A stretch of 64,000 bases of DNA from Bacteroidales bacterium (GTDB lineage Bacteria > Bacteroidota > Bacteroidia > Bacteroidales > F082), in assembly GCA_017553625.1 (NCBI GenBank), contig JAFZKP010000013.1, positions 374 to 64,373 on the forward strand, read 5' to 3'. The notes beneath the pieces are model-generated. The model saw nothing but the letters and a program-made list of their open reading frames with translations. It was not told where the DNA came from and made no database searches. Shown one piece after another: positions 1 to 9,722 of the stretch. Position 1 is the stretch's first letter; every line of letters starts with the position of its first letter. The translations under genes and the position numbers were made by a program.

Positions 1-2935
1 GATAGCTTGTTGAGTAATCTGGAACTTCAGTAATTACTGTGGCTGCGGGAGTGTTGTTGTAGTTGGAAGTTGCAGCTTCGGTTACTGTAGCGGAATTGGT
101 GAATTGGATGATTTGACCATAGGTGCCCGTTGTGCCAGAAACTTTGACGAGGTCACCAACAGATTTGCCGGTATCACCATTTTTATAGTAATAAATATAA
201 CCAGTTCCGTCTCCCATCACAAAGCCTTTGCTGTTGGTGGCAACGACAGTGCCTTTAACACTGTATGCTGTGCCAACTTCTGTAATGTCAGAAATGTTGT
301 TTAGAGAAACGATAGTATATGTTGCTGTTGCAACAGTACTATAGTCGTCACCAACATAAGCGATGGCTTTTATAGTAGTGGTACTTGCTACGTTGATAGC
401 AGTTGTGTATTGTGTACTGGCATTAGTGGGATCGTTGCCATTCAATGTGTAATAAATAGTAGCGTCATCTGTTATACAACTTAATGTAACACTTTGTGCC
501 TCATCATAAGTTCCCGCAACTGGGCTGAATGTCGGAGCCTCAACGGTAATTACTGGAGCTGTATAGCTTGTTAAATAGTTGTTTTTGTCAAATTCATAAA
601 CATCACCATACTTTTTCAAAGTACCATAAACAACAACAGTTGCACCAACTTTAACGTCATCTATAGAAGAGAAGTTGGTGTTATTCAAACCTTTACCACT
701 GTAAACTTCTAATTGGTCTGAAGTTGTAGTACCATCGCTTGAAATCCAATAAGTGATACTGTTATATGTTGAGTTATATGAATCAACTTGTGATATAATA
801 CCTGTCGCATATACAAAAGTTAACCCTGTTCCTGCGTCAATAGCGGCACGAGCCTGCGCCACGGTGTAAGGGTTGCTTTGTGTGCCTGGAGCGTTAGGAT
901 CTGTGTTTGTCACAGTCATCTGATATGTTGCGGTCTTCTCGCTGTAATCACCATTGCCAGCGTATGTTGCAGTGAATGTAACCGAACCTGCGGCTACAAG
1001 AGTGACAGCACCTGTAGAGGCATCAATAGTAGCAACGGCATCAGCATTTCCGCTCCATGTAACAACCGCGCCTTCGATGGCTTCTTCATTATATGTTACT
1101 GTAGCGGAAAGGTTGCCGGCTGTTGTACTGGTAAACACATTGGTGTTGGTGATTCCTGTTGCGTCGATGGTAACAGTAGGTACTGCCAGGTTCTTTGTGG
1201 CGGTTACAGATGCGACGGAACTTTGATTATTGTCTTTAATCGCTTTGGCATAGATGGTTTTTGTCTCGGTAATTGTCAAAGGAGCTGAATAATCATTCCA
1301 ATTCTCGTTGTCATAACTATATTTGATGGCTGCTCCTTCTGTGGCGCAGGTGATAGTTGCTGTTGTCGAGAACAAGAACGGGTTTTCGGCAACTACAATA
1401 GCTGGTGTCTCAACAGTAGCTGCTACTGGAGAGCTCCAATAGTAAGTAGTTCCGCTTCCTGGGATGGTGTAGGAGACCGAAATAGCAGTGATTTTTGCAT
1501 TTGCAGTGCATGATATGCTTGCTGAAGTGCCAGTTACGTCAAAAGCGGTTCCTGAAGTGATTGCGCTACTATTATAACTAAGTCCTCCAGAGAAAGTAAG
1601 AGTTACAGATGATAATGTGGCATTATTACTTGTTGATATTGTAAAACTTCCATCAGTATAGAAACGCCAGGAATTATCTGAAGTATAGTATTTGAAATTA
1701 TTGCCGCTTATTTCGCCACCGATACTAATATATGTGTTCATCGTAAGTGGTTGGTAGGCTGTTCCGTTATTCCAATTGTTGGCAAAAGCATAATCTGCAA
1801 TCGTCACGCTTGCACTTGCATTTTGTGAACCTCCTCCGCCAATGGTTTTGCTGTAAACAGGATATAATGTGATATTTGCTGTTGGATGATATTCTCCTGC
1901 AGGAATTATAGTTGGAGCAGTTGTTGTCTCTGTCGCGACGTTTGTTTCTGACCAACCGGCAAAATTATAACCATTGAGAGTTTCACGAGTTGGTAATGTG
2001 ACACCTGCACCTGATGAAGTTTCTGTTAACGTGGAGCTGTCGTCACCAAGTGTAACGGTAAAAGCAGGTGGAGTGTTTGTAATCGTAACAGTAAACGTAG
2101 CTGAGCCGGCATTATATGATGCATCTGCCGCTTGGCTAACTGTAATCGTTTGTGCACTTGGTGTCACTGCCGTTGGTGTAACGGTTATGGTTTTATTTGT
2201 TGTGTTAACCGAAGTGGTCACATAATCGCTTGTGCTCACCGTTACAGCGCCAGTGCTCGATGTTGTGTAATTTATAACCTGAGCGGAACTGTTATTGTAA
2301 AGGTCAAAATTCAGTGCGACAGGAGCGCCAGTAAGGGTAAGGTCGCTGTCTTCCAAATCGCTGCCGCCAGTTGAGTAAGTAAAAACCACATCATCGAATA
2401 TCAAATCTTTTTTATTAGTTGATGATCCTGTAGTAAGACCAATTTTTACATAATAAGTAGTAGATGAAGATGAATTAGGAATATCATAGCTTTTACTAGC
2501 AGAAGAAGTTGTCAACGTTACATCTGTAGCAAGGGCGGTCCAAGTATTTCCATCAGTTGAGTACCAAACGCCCATTTTGTTACCTGTATTAGTAACTTTT
2601 GCATTGAAAGTAATGTTTGATAAACCTTGAATTCCTGTTGTAGTTTTAGCATATCCCAACACTGCATCCGCAGTATAGTATCTTATCAGACATGATTTAC
2701 TACCAGTAATTGCTTGTGTCGTTGAAACATTACCATAGTAAATACTCCAGCCAATTCCACAATCACTTTGGTTTGTTGATACAGTTGCAGTTGAATTATA
2801 GGTTGTTGCTGCTGTAGCAGTTTCAAATCCTTCAGTCTTCGTATCTCTCGTTTGCCCCCACATTTCCCCTGTGGTTGCCATCATTGTCAGCAGCATAACC
2901 GCTGCGGAGATTAAAAATGTAAGTTTTCTTTTCAT
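1..2935 (-). CDS. Large cell-surface repeat protein, C-terminus cut by window edge (signal peptide; Listeria-Bacteroides-type repeat; chitobiase/FN3-like and Ig-like repeats)
   Basis: Absent from the ORF track because it has no stop in the window. I checked every minus-strand codon in frame from the ATG at 2935..2933 down to position 1 and found no stop. N-terminus MKRKLTFLISAAVMLLTMM looks like a signal peptide. The translation includes 'TRETLNGYNFAGWS' (codons verified around 1950-1996). Composition is T/S/A/V-rich, typical of beta-repeat proteins. Confidence 0.75.
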   Translation of the reverse strand, partial: MKRKLTFLISAAVMLLTMMATTGEMWGQTRDTKTEGFETATAATTYNSTATVSTNQSDCGIGWSIYYGNVSTTQAITGSKSCLIRYYTADAVLGYAKTTTGIQGLSNITFNAKVTNTGNKMGVWYSTDGNTWTALATDVTLTTSSASKSYDIPNSSSSTTYYVKIGLTTGSSTNKKDLIFDDVVFTYSTGGSDLEDSDLTLTGAPVALNFDLYNNSSAQVINYTTSSTGAVTVSTSDYVTTSVNTTNKTITVTPTAVTPSAQTITVSQAADASYNAGSATFTVTITNTPPAFTVTLGDDSSTLTETSSGAGVTLPTRETLNGYNFAGWSETNVATETTTAPTIIPAGEYHPTANITLYPVYSKTIGGGGSQNASASVTIADYAFANNWNNGTAYQPLTMNTYISIGGEISGNNFKYYTSDNSWRFYTDGSFTISTSNNATLSSVTLTFSGGLSYNSSAITSGTAFDVTGTSASISCTANAKITAISVSYTIPGSGTTYYWSSPVAATVETPAIVVAENPFLFSTTATITCATEGAAIKYSYDNENWNDYSAPLTITETKTIYAKAIKDNNQSSVASVTATKNLAVPTVTIDATGITNTNVFTSTTAGNLSATVTYNEEAIEGAVVTWSGNADAVATIDASTGAVTLVAAGSVTFTATYAGNGDYSEKTATYQMTVTNTDPNAPGTQSNPYTVAQARAAIDAGTGLTFVYATGIISQVDSYNSTYNSITYWISSDGTTTSDQLEVYSGKGLNNTNFSSIDDVKVGATVVVYGTLKKYGDVYEFDKNNYLTSYTAPVITVEAPTFSPVAGTYDEAQSVTLSCITDDATIYYTLNGNDPTNASTQYTTAINVASTTTIKAIAYVGDDYSTVATATYTIVSLNNISDITEVGTAYSVKGTVVATNSKGFVMGDGTGYIYYYKNGDTGKSVGDLVKVSGTTGTYGQIIQFTNSATVTEAATSNYNNTPAATVITEVPDYSTSY

Positions 2936-3016
2936 TGTGTTTATTTTTATTTGTTATTTATTTCATTGAAAATCATCGTTTTTTCAAACAACGATACACT
3001 CTCTTTTGTAAATCTG

Positions 3017-3024
3017 CAAATTTA
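3017..3024 (-). promoter_or_regulatory. Bacteroidetes -7 promoter box (TAAATTTG)
   Basis: Plus 'caaattta' is minus TAAATTTG, matching TAnnTTTG. It lies about 80 nt upstream of the ATG at 2935. Confidence 0.4.
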
Positions 3025-3124
3025 ATCATTTTATTAATAGGTGAAATGATTTTTTAAAAGTTTTTTGCCTGCCCTAAAAACTTTAGACTCTCTAATGCAT
3101 CAGAGTCCCTAAAGTCTTTAGTGA

Positions 3125-3664
3125 CTAACGCTTTCGCGCCCAATATAGCCGCTCCGAGAAACCACCGTTTTTCTTGAAATCCTCTTCAAGGCGTTTCAAC
3201 TGCTTGAACAGCATATAATCTTCTTGATACAAAAGCACAATGGCCATGTTTGCAATAGTTGCGGAAGGACTACTTCTTATTTTGTTCATGTAAAATGTGT
3301 AATCGTTGCATTCACGTCCGATTCGACGCATGGTTTCTTTTTCAATAGAACCGTCTTTCCATTGTTCAAATCCTCGCACTCTCAAATAATCCTCATAGTC
3401 CTCAAGCAGTTCTTTTAAACTTGCCTTTGCAACACTAATCAGTTTTATTTCTGTTTTCGCCGATGTGGGAGCAGCAGAACAGCCTTCAACAATGTTTTGT
3501 TTTCCACTCCTTGCGGCTTGTATCATTTGATCAATTGTCCGATCTCCTTTTTTCAAAAAATTGTTGCAAAAATAAAACGTAATATCATAGATAATCACCG
3601 CTTTTTGATAAGTCAACAACTTTTTGTAGTTTCCAATGTTTGGAATGATGTCATTGTCTTTCAT
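3125..3664 (-). CDS. Four-helix-bundle protein (23S rRNA intervening-sequence protein family)
   Basis: 179 aa. 'LLTYQKAVIIYDITFYF...DQMIQAARSGKQNIVEG...SLKELLEDYEDYLR' is characteristic of this family. The stop codon is TAG. Confidence 0.8.
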   Translation of the reverse strand: MKDNDIIPNIGNYKKLLTYQKAVIIYDITFYFCNNFLKKGDRTIDQMIQAARSGKQNIVEGCSAAPTSAKTEIKLISVAKASLKELLEDYEDYLRVRGFEQWKDGSIEKETMRRIGRECNDYTFYMNKIRSSPSATIANMAIVLLYQEDYMLFKQLKRLEEDFKKNGGFSERLYWARKR

Positions 3665-3691
3665 GATATATTCTTTTTGTTAAATATCTTG

Positions 3692-3874
3692 TTATTTTAC
3701 GAGAGATTTTTGTCGGAAAATCCTTTTATTCCAGTTTTCTTGCCATAATTTGCAAGATTCCGAACTGTACCCTTTTCTCAACCATCTTCGGTTATCTTTT
3801 TGCTGATAAGATTTTAATCTTGACTGGTTAATAAGTGATACAATATCACCAAAGTTGTTTCTTTTTCCTTTCAT
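3692..3874 (-). CDS. Small basic hypothetical protein (60 aa)
   Basis: ATG-initiated ORF with a TAnnTTTG box about 24 nt upstream. No recognisable family. Confidence 0.3.
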   Translation of the reverse strand: MKGKRNNFGDIVSLINQSRLKSYQQKDNRRWLRKGYSSESCKLWQENWNKRIFRQKSLVK

Positions 3875-3897
3875 AAATTATGATTTTTAATTTTCTG

Positions 3898-3905
3898 CAA
3901 AATTA
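3898..3905 (-). promoter_or_regulatory. Bacteroidetes -7 promoter box (TAATTTTG)
   Basis: Plus 'caaaatta' is minus TAATTTTG, about 24 nt upstream of the ATG at 3874. Confidence 0.35.
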
Positions 3906-4092
3906 TAACACTATTTCCGAATTAATCGTACGAAAAACGACTAATTTTTCAACACTCTTCTAAATAATTGAAAATCAAAAATTTACAACGACAAAATCAA
4001 AATTTTCACCTTTTTTAATTCTTAAAAATTTTTAACAAAATTTTATTGATTTATCTTCGCTTTGCGCCAGATTGTCTCAGGTGCGGTGGCCT

Positions 4093-4144
4093 GCGCCAGA
4101 CGGCGGTATGTAGGGACGCGACATGTCGCGTCCTCGGCTGGCGC
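4093..4144. repeat. Nested GC-rich palindromic element (REP-like)
   Basis: Outer arms are gcgccag (4093..4099) and ctggcgc (4138..4144). They enclose the perfect 20-nt palindrome ggacgcgacatgtcgcgtcc (4114..4133). The head 'TGTAGGGACGC' resembles the other palindromic units in this window. Confidence 0.6.
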
Positions 4145-4201
4145 TTGACTTTTTGGTTACTTTTTTTGTCAAGAAAAAAGTAACAGAAAAAGAAAAATTC
4201 C

Positions 4202-4209
4202 TATATTTG
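4202..4209 (+). promoter_or_regulatory. Bacteroidetes -7 promoter box (TATATTTG) for mutAB
   Basis: Exact TAnnTTTG match about 29 nt upstream of the mutA ATG at 4238. Confidence 0.5.
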
Positions 4210-4237
4210 CAAAAAATTTTCGAAAATTTTAAATATC

Positions 4238-6088
4238 ATGAGTAACCAGAAAAAACTTTTTGAGGAATTTCCTCCAGTGACCACCGAACAGTGGGAAGCT
4301 GTCATCGAAAAAGACCTCAAAGGAGCCGATTACAACAAGAAACTTGTCTGGAAAACAGCCGAAGGTTTCCAGGTGAGGCCGTATTATCGCGCTGAGAATC
4401 TGAAGGATATACCGTGGCTCGACACCAAACCGGGCGAGTATCCTTACATCCGCAGCACCAAAAACGAAGGTAACGACTGGCTCGTGTGCGAGGACATCGT
4501 GGTGAAAGACTACCACGAGGCAAATAAAAAAGCTCTCGACGCCCTCAACCGCGGCGCTACAGCACTCTCGTTCCGCCTCGAATACGACAAGGCCTACGAC
4601 GCTGTCGAGATATCAGGACTCCTCAACGGAATCTATGCCGAAGCGGTCGAAATCACCTTTTATAATAACAAGTATCATCTCCCGCTCCTTGAGATGATGT
4701 CGAAGATCCCCGGCATCCACGGCTCTCTGAACTACGACCCGCTCACACGTTACATCCGTCGCGGCACATGGTTCATCACAGAGAACACCGACATGGAACT
4801 CGCAGCCATCCTCACAAAGGCTGAAATACCTGGCGTCCAGACCATCGGAGTCAACGCACACGTGTTCACCAACGCCGGCGCTACAATCTCACAGGAAATG
4901 GGCATCGCCCTCTCAGTGGGTGTCGAATACATCGAACAGCTCTTGGCTAAGGGCTTGACAATCGATGAGATAGCTCCGAAGATGCGCTTCAACGTCGCCG
5001 TAGGACAGACCTATTTCATGGAGATGGCTAAAATGCGCGCCTACCGTATGCTGTGGGCTGAAATCCTCAAGGCTTACGGCGCAAAAGAAGAGAACTGCAA
5101 GATTCGCATCCACGCCTTCAACGCGTTGATTAACATGAGCTTGTACGACCCGTACGTCAATATGCTGCGTACTACGACAGGTACGATGTCGGCTATCCTC
5201 GGCGGTGTCGATTCGTTCTCGGTAACTCCATTCGACGCCACATTTGAAGAGGCAACGGATTTTGCTGACCGTATCGCACGTAACCAGCAGCTCATCCTCA
5301 AGGAAGAGTCGCATTTCGACAAGGTCGCCGACCCTGCCGCAGGTTCTTATTACATTGAAAATCTTACAGAATCCATCGCCACCGCAGCATGGAACGTGTT
5401 CCTCCAAATCCAGGAAGAAGGCGGCTACCTCGCATCGGTGCGCAAGGGCACAATACAAAATATCGTGAAGGAAAGCGCCGCGAAACGCTTCAGCAACGTC
5501 GCCACTCGCCGCGAGACAATCCTCGGAACCAACCAGTTCCCGAACTTCACCGAGACAATGAAATTAGACCCTGCTGAATGGGTGTTCAAGCCGAGCTGCA
5601 AACGCGACGCCAACGCCGAAGTCGACACCATCGACACCTTCCGCGTGGCTCAGCAGTTTGAGACAATGCGTTATGCCACAGACGTTTACGCTAAAGACCA
5701 TAAACGTCCTACAGCATGGATGTTCACCTATGGCAACCTCGCCATGCGTAAGGCACGCGCCAACTTCGCGTCCAACTTCTTCGCATGCGCAGGCTTCGAA
5801 GTCGTCGATAACCCTGGCTTCAAGACTCTTGAAGAAGGCATCGCCGCAGCACGCGAAGTCAAACCTGAAATCGTGGTCATCTGCTCATCCGACGAGGAAT
5901 ACGGCGAAGGCAACGCCCTCAAGGTTTACGAGGAACTCAAAAACGACACCATCGTAGTCCTCGCAGGTAACCCGGAAGGCACAGCCGACATCCTCAAAGA
6001 AGCCGGTCTCGAATATTTCATCCACGTCAAGAGCAACGTCCTCGAGACTTTGCAGAATTTCCAAAAGAGATTAGGTATAACAAAATAA
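4238..6088 (+). CDS. mutA: Methylmalonyl-CoA mutase small (beta) subunit
   Basis: 616 aa. N-terminus 'LFEEFPPVTTEQWEAVIEKDLKGADYNKKLVWKTAEGFQVRPYY' is typical of MutA. It sits directly upstream of the large subunit. Confidence 0.9.
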   Translation: MSNQKKLFEEFPPVTTEQWEAVIEKDLKGADYNKKLVWKTAEGFQVRPYYRAENLKDIPWLDTKPGEYPYIRSTKNEGNDWLVCEDIVVKDYHEANKKALDALNRGATALSFRLEYDKAYDAVEISGLLNGIYAEAVEITFYNNKYHLPLLEMMSKIPGIHGSLNYDPLTRYIRRGTWFITENTDMELAAILTKAEIPGVQTIGVNAHVFTNAGATISQEMGIALSVGVEYIEQLLAKGLTIDEIAPKMRFNVAVGQTYFMEMAKMRAYRMLWAEILKAYGAKEENCKIRIHAFNALINMSLYDPYVNMLRTTTGTMSAILGGVDSFSVTPFDATFEEATDFADRIARNQQLILKEESHFDKVADPAAGSYYIENLTESIATAAWNVFLQIQEEGGYLASVRKGTIQNIVKESAAKRFSNVATRRETILGTNQFPNFTETMKLDPAEWVFKPSCKRDANAEVDTIDTFRVAQQFETMRYATDVYAKDHKRPTAWMFTYGNLAMRKARANFASNFFACAGFEVVDNPGFKTLEEGIAAAREVKPEIVVICSSDEEYGEGNALKVYEELKNDTIVVLAGNPEGTADILKEAGLEYFIHVKSNVLETLQNFQKRLGITK

Positions 6089-6102
6089 GAAAGGAGTAAG
6101 CA

Positions 6103-8238
6103 ATGAAACCAGATTTCAAGAATATAAATATCAACGCTATACCTAAGTCACAAATCAAAGCTGATTACAAACCTGACTGGGAGACAGTTGAACATATCAA
6201 CGTGAAGCCGGCTTATACGGCTGAAGACCTCGAGAATATGGAGCACCTCAACTACGCTGCAGGTATCGCCCCGTATCTCCGCGGACCTTATTCGACAATG
6301 TATGTGATGCGTCCTTGGACCGTCCGTCAGTATGCAGGTTTCTCCACCGCTGAAGAGTCAAACGCGTTCTACCGCCGTAACATCGCCGCTGGCCAGAAAG
6401 GTCTGTCAGTGGCATTCGACCTTGCTACTCACCGTGGCTATGACGCTGACCATGAACGCGTTATGGGCGACGTCGGTAAAGCTGGCGTGTCAATCTGCTC
6501 TGTCGAGGATATGAAAGTCCTCTTCGACCAGATTCCTTTGAATAAGATGTCTGTCTCTATGACAATGAATGGTGCCGTGTTGCCGATTTTGGCGTTCTAT
6601 ATCGTCGCCGCTTTGGAACAAGGCGCTAAATATGAAGAGCTTCAGGGTACAATCCAGAACGACATTTTGAAGGAGTTCATGGTGCGTAACACCTATATCT
6701 ATCCTCCTGAGTTCTCAATGCGTATCATCGCTGACATCTTCGCGTTCACTTCACAGAACATGCCGAAGTTCAACAGCATTTCAATCTCCGGCTACCACAT
6801 GCAGGAAGCTGGCGCTACATGCGACATCGAGCTTGCTTACACTCTCGCCGATGGTTGGGATTACCTCCGCACAGGTGTCAAGTCAGGCTTGGACATCGAC
6901 GCATTTGCTCCACGTCTGTCGTTCTTCTGGTGCTCTGGAATGAACCATTTCATGGAGATTGCTAAGATGCGTGCCGCTCGTATGCTGTGGGCTAAGATCG
7001 TGAAGACTTTCAACCCGAAGAGCGAAAAGTCATTGGCTTTGCGTACTCACACACAGACTTCAGGATGGTCGCTCACCGAGCAGGACCCGTTCAACAACGT
7101 GGCTCGCACATGTATCGAGGCTATGGGTGCCGCCCTCGGCCATACTCAGTCGTTGCACACTAACGCTCTCGACGAGGCTATCGCACTTCCTACCGATTTC
7201 AGCGCTCGTATCGCTCGTAACACTCAGATTTACATTCAGGAAGAAACCAATGTCTGCCGTGTCGTCGACCCATGGGCAGGTTCATATTATGTTGAATCTC
7301 TCACCAAGGAAATCGCTGAGCGCGCTTGGGCTCACATCATGGAGGTCGAGGAGATGGGCGGTATGGCAAAAGCCATCGAGACAGGTCTTCCGAAGATGCG
7401 TATCGAAGAGGCAGCAGCTCGTAAGCAGGCTAAGATCGACTCGGGTACCGAGACAATCGTCGGTATCAACAAATATCGTCTTGAACATGAGGATAGCATT
7501 GATACTCTTGAAGTTGACAATACCGCTGTGCGCGAATCACAGATCAAGCGTCTGAAAGAACTCCGCGCCAACCGCAACGAGGCTGACGTGCAGCGTTGCC
7601 TCGATGCCATCACCGAATCGGTGAAGACAGGCAAGGGTAACCTTCTCGCTCTCGCAGTGGAAGCAGCCAAATGCCGCGCCACATTGGGCGAAATCTCAAT
7701 GGCATGTGAGAAAGTCGTCGGACGTTATAAAGCTGTAATTCGTTCAATATCAGGAGTTTATTCAATGGAAGCAAAAGGTAATGACAAATTCGCCAAGGCA
7801 CAGGCAATGGCGGATGAGTTCGCTAAACTCGAAGGTCGTCGTCCTCGTATCATGATTGCGAAGATGGGTCAGGACGGTCACGACCGTGGCGCCAAGGTCG
7901 TCGCGACTGGCTACGCTGACATCGGCTTCGACGTCGATATGGGACCGTTGTTCCAGACACCGGCAGAGGCAGCTCGTCAGGCAGTGGAAAACGACGTCCA
8001 CGTCGTCGGCGTGTCGTCATTGGCAGCAGGTCACAAGACCCTCGTGCCTCAGATCATCAAGGAACTCGAGAAACTCGGTCGTCCGGACATCATGGTGGTG
8101 GTCGGCGGCGTCATCCCTCATCAGGACTACCAGTTCCTGTATGACGCAGGCGCAGCAGCCATCTTCGGACCTGGCACCATCGTCTCCGATTCCGCAATCA
8201 AGATGCTGGAATTGCTTATCGCAATGCGCAAACAATAA
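6103..8238 (+). CDS. mutB: Methylmalonyl-CoA mutase large (alpha) subunit, B12-dependent
   Basis: 711 aa. Contains '[42 protein letters not shown]' and the C-terminal B12-binding '[13 protein letters not shown]' motif. Confidence 0.95.
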   Translation: MKPDFKNININAIPKSQIKADYKPDWETVEHINVKPAYTAEDLENMEHLNYAAGIAPYLRGPYSTMYVMRPWTVRQYAGFSTAEESNAFYRRNIAAGQKGLSVAFDLATHRGYDADHERVMGDVGKAGVSICSVEDMKVLFDQIPLNKMSVSMTMNGAVLPILAFYIVAALEQGAKYEELQGTIQNDILKEFMVRNTYIYPPEFSMRIIADIFAFTSQNMPKFNSISISGYHMQEAGATCDIELAYTLADGWDYLRTGVKSGLDIDAFAPRLSFFWCSGMNHFMEIAKMRAARMLWAKIVKTFNPKSEKSLALRTHTQTSGWSLTEQDPFNNVARTCIEAMGAALGHTQSLHTNALDEAIALPTDFSARIARNTQIYIQEETNVCRVVDPWAGSYYVESLTKEIAERAWAHIMEVEEMGGMAKAIETGLPKMRIEEAAARKQAKIDSGTETIVGINKYRLEHEDSIDTLEVDNTAVRESQIKRLKELRANRNEADVQRCLDAITESVKTGKGNLLALAVEAAKCRATLGEISMACEKVVGRYKAVIRSISGVYSMEAKGNDKFAKAQAMADEFAKLEGRRPRIMIAKMGQDGHDRGAKVVATGYADIGFDVDMGPLFQTPAEAARQAVENDVHVVGVSSLAAGHKTLVPQIIKELEKLGRPDIMVVVGGVIPHQDYQFLYDAGAAAIFGPGTIVSDSAIKMLELLIAMRKQ

Positions 8239-8247
8239 TTGTCGTAG

Positions 8248-8267
8248 GGGCGAATCATTATTCGCCC
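8248..8267 (+). terminator. Hairpin after mutB (gggcgaat-catt-attcgccc), REP-like or terminator
   Basis: 8-bp perfect stem with a 4-nt loop, 10 nt after the mutB stop. The T-tract is weak (cttatg). The head is 'GTAGGGGCGAA'. Confidence 0.45.
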
Positions 8268-8290
8268 TTATGTAACAATAAATGACAACG

Positions 8291-8318
8291 TGTAAAGACG
8301 CAATCCATCGCGTCTCTA
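8291..8318. repeat. Palindromic repeat unit TGTAAAGACGC-N8-GCGTCTCTA
   Basis: 'tgtaaagacgcaatccatcgcgtctcta' lies immediately upstream of the RNase H start. The same arms occur at 8498 and 19465. Confidence 0.7.
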
Positions 8319-8321
8319 TAT

Positions 8322-8948
8322 ATGGCGAAAAACAAATTCTATACGGTTTGGTCCGGCCGGCAAATCGGTGTCTTCGCCTCTTGGGACGAATGCCGTATGC
8401 AGGTCGAAGGATTCCCTGGCGCGAAATTCAAAGGATTTCCCACCAGGGAAGCCGCCGAATCGGCGTTTAAAAATGGTCCGGATTCTGTGGAATCGGATGT
8501 AAAGACGCAAAATTTTGCGTCTCTGCCCGAAGACACCCCCAAACCCGAACTCAATGCCATCGCCGTCGACGCCGCATGTTCAGGCAACCCTGGCAAAATG
8601 GAATATCGGGGCGTGTACATCGCCACAGGCACTGAATTGTTCAAAAGCCCTGTGTTTGAAGGCGGAACCAACAACATAGGGGAGTTTCTCGCCATCGTTC
8701 ATTGCCTTGCCTGGCAACAACAAAAACATACCAGCCTGCCAATCTATTCCGATTCAGTGAATGGTCAGAAATGGGTGAGTCAGATGTTGTGCAGAACTAA
8801 ACTCGTTGAGAATCAGAAGAATAAATATCTCTTTGAGGTGATACGTAGAGCCGAGAAATGGCTTCACGATAACACTTTCAGAGTGCCGATACGTAAATGG
8901 AGAACCGAGATTTGGGGCGAGATACCCGCTGATTTCGGTCGTAAGTAA
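8322..8948 (+). CDS. rnhA: Ribonuclease HI with N-terminal hybrid-binding (viroplasmin-like) domain
   Basis: 208 aa. N-terminal 'FYTVWSGRQIGVFASWDECRMQVEGFPGAKFKGFPTREAAESAF' is HBD-like. C-terminal 'AIAVDAACSGNPG..EYRGV...GTNNIGEFLAIVHCL...IYSDS' is RNase H-like. Confidence 0.85.
   Translation: MAKNKFYTVWSGRQIGVFASWDECRMQVEGFPGAKFKGFPTREAAESAFKNGPDSVESDVKTQNFASLPEDTPKPELNAIAVDAACSGNPGKMEYRGVYIATGTELFKSPVFEGGTNNIGEFLAIVHCLAWQQQKHTSLPIYSDSVNGQKWVSQMLCRTKLVENQKNKYLFEVIRRAEKWLHDNTFRVPIRKWRTEIWGEIPADFGRK
8498..8524. repeat. Palindromic repeat unit inside the rnhA coding sequence
   Basis: 'tgtaaagacgcaaaattttgcgtctct', with a perfect 10+10 palindrome at 8503..8522. It encodes 'DVKTQNFASL' in the linker between the HBD and RNase H domains. 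Confidence 0.75.
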
Positions 8949-8963
8949 TTAAAAATCAACGTC

Positions 8964-9722
8964 ATGATAAAATACGATACGTTTTATATGCAATGCCCGA
9001 AATGTGGCGCGTGGCTCGAAGGTCATATCGTGAAATCGGAAATGGTCAACAAGTCGATATTGTATTCCGATGGCAAGACGTTGAATGACAATTACATAAC
9101 GGAGCCTCAAAAGATAATCGTCTGCCCGTCATGCAGCCACTGGTTCTGGGTGAACGATTACAAAGAGCCTGTCGTGACCTCCAAAAAACCAGAAGTACCT
9201 TATTATAATTGGAACCACTGGCGTTTCTTCGGCATCCATTTCAACAGCGTCGAAGGTCGTCTCGCTCTCGTGAGCCATTATAAGCAGTTTTTGCAATCCA
9301 TTGATAATGATAAAGATAAGGAACTTTACATCCGTCGTCTGATGTGGTGGGCTTACAACGATTTGGTGCGCAACAACTATCAGATGCATCTTCGTTATCT
9401 CTTTACAGGAAAAATGAGTTTCAATGTCTGGCGTAAAAACAGGGTCAAGCAGATTCAAGGTCGCATGATGTTCAAAAAGCTTCATGACGAATATCTTGAA
9501 AACATGAAGGCTCTGTTGGTTCTTCTTAAAGGGCGATACACTCCTGATGATGAGGAATATGAATCTTCTATATTGGAAATCATAGAGTTATACCGCGAAA
9601 TGGGCGAATACGAAGAGGCTCAGAAAATCTTAAATACCATATCGCGACGTACGCATTACATCGCTTATATTGAGAAAGAAGTCAAGAAGAGACACGATTT
9701 TGTGTTTTTAGTAGCTGGTTGA
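8964..9722 (+). CDS. Hypothetical protein with N-terminal zinc-ribbon-like CxxC pairs
   Basis: 252 aa. Has 'CPKCGAW...CPSCSHW' pairs and a helical C-terminus. Its 3' end overlaps the convergent tcdA by 41 nt. Confidence 0.6.
   Translation: MIKYDTFYMQCPKCGAWLEGHIVKSEMVNKSILYSDGKTLNDNYITEPQKIIVCPSCSHWFWVNDYKEPVVTSKKPEVPYYNWNHWRFFGIHFNSVEGRLALVSHYKQFLQSIDNDKDKELYIRRLMWWAYNDLVRNNYQMHLRYLFTGKMSFNVWRKNRVKQIQGRMMFKKLHDEYLENMKALLVLLKGRYTPDDEEYESSILEIIELYREMGEYEEAQKILNTISRRTHYIAYIEKEVKKRHDFVFLVAG

Noticed and set aside
878-2374. Plus-strand ORFs 878..1288, 954..1226, 1974..2225 and 2132..2374, and minus-strand ORF 1767..1955
   Set aside because: All lie inside the long open minus-strand frame (1..2935), which I verified codon by codon. 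They are C/V/R-rich antisense or out-of-frame shadows of a repeat-rich gene.
3906-4237. Possible cobalamin riboswitch upstream of the B12-dependent mutAB
   Set aside because: I found no B12-box-like core or multi-stem architecture. The region holds only REP-like palindromes and a promoter box, and the leader after the -7 box is about 25 nt.
4229-8275. Numerous 60-180-aa ORFs overlapping mutA and mutB on other frames or strands (for example 4913..5458 -, 7332..7682 -, 7856..8275 +)
   Set aside because: They are embedded in two unambiguous conserved genes. Their R/S/A-rich composition is typical of alternative frames in GC-richer coding DNA.
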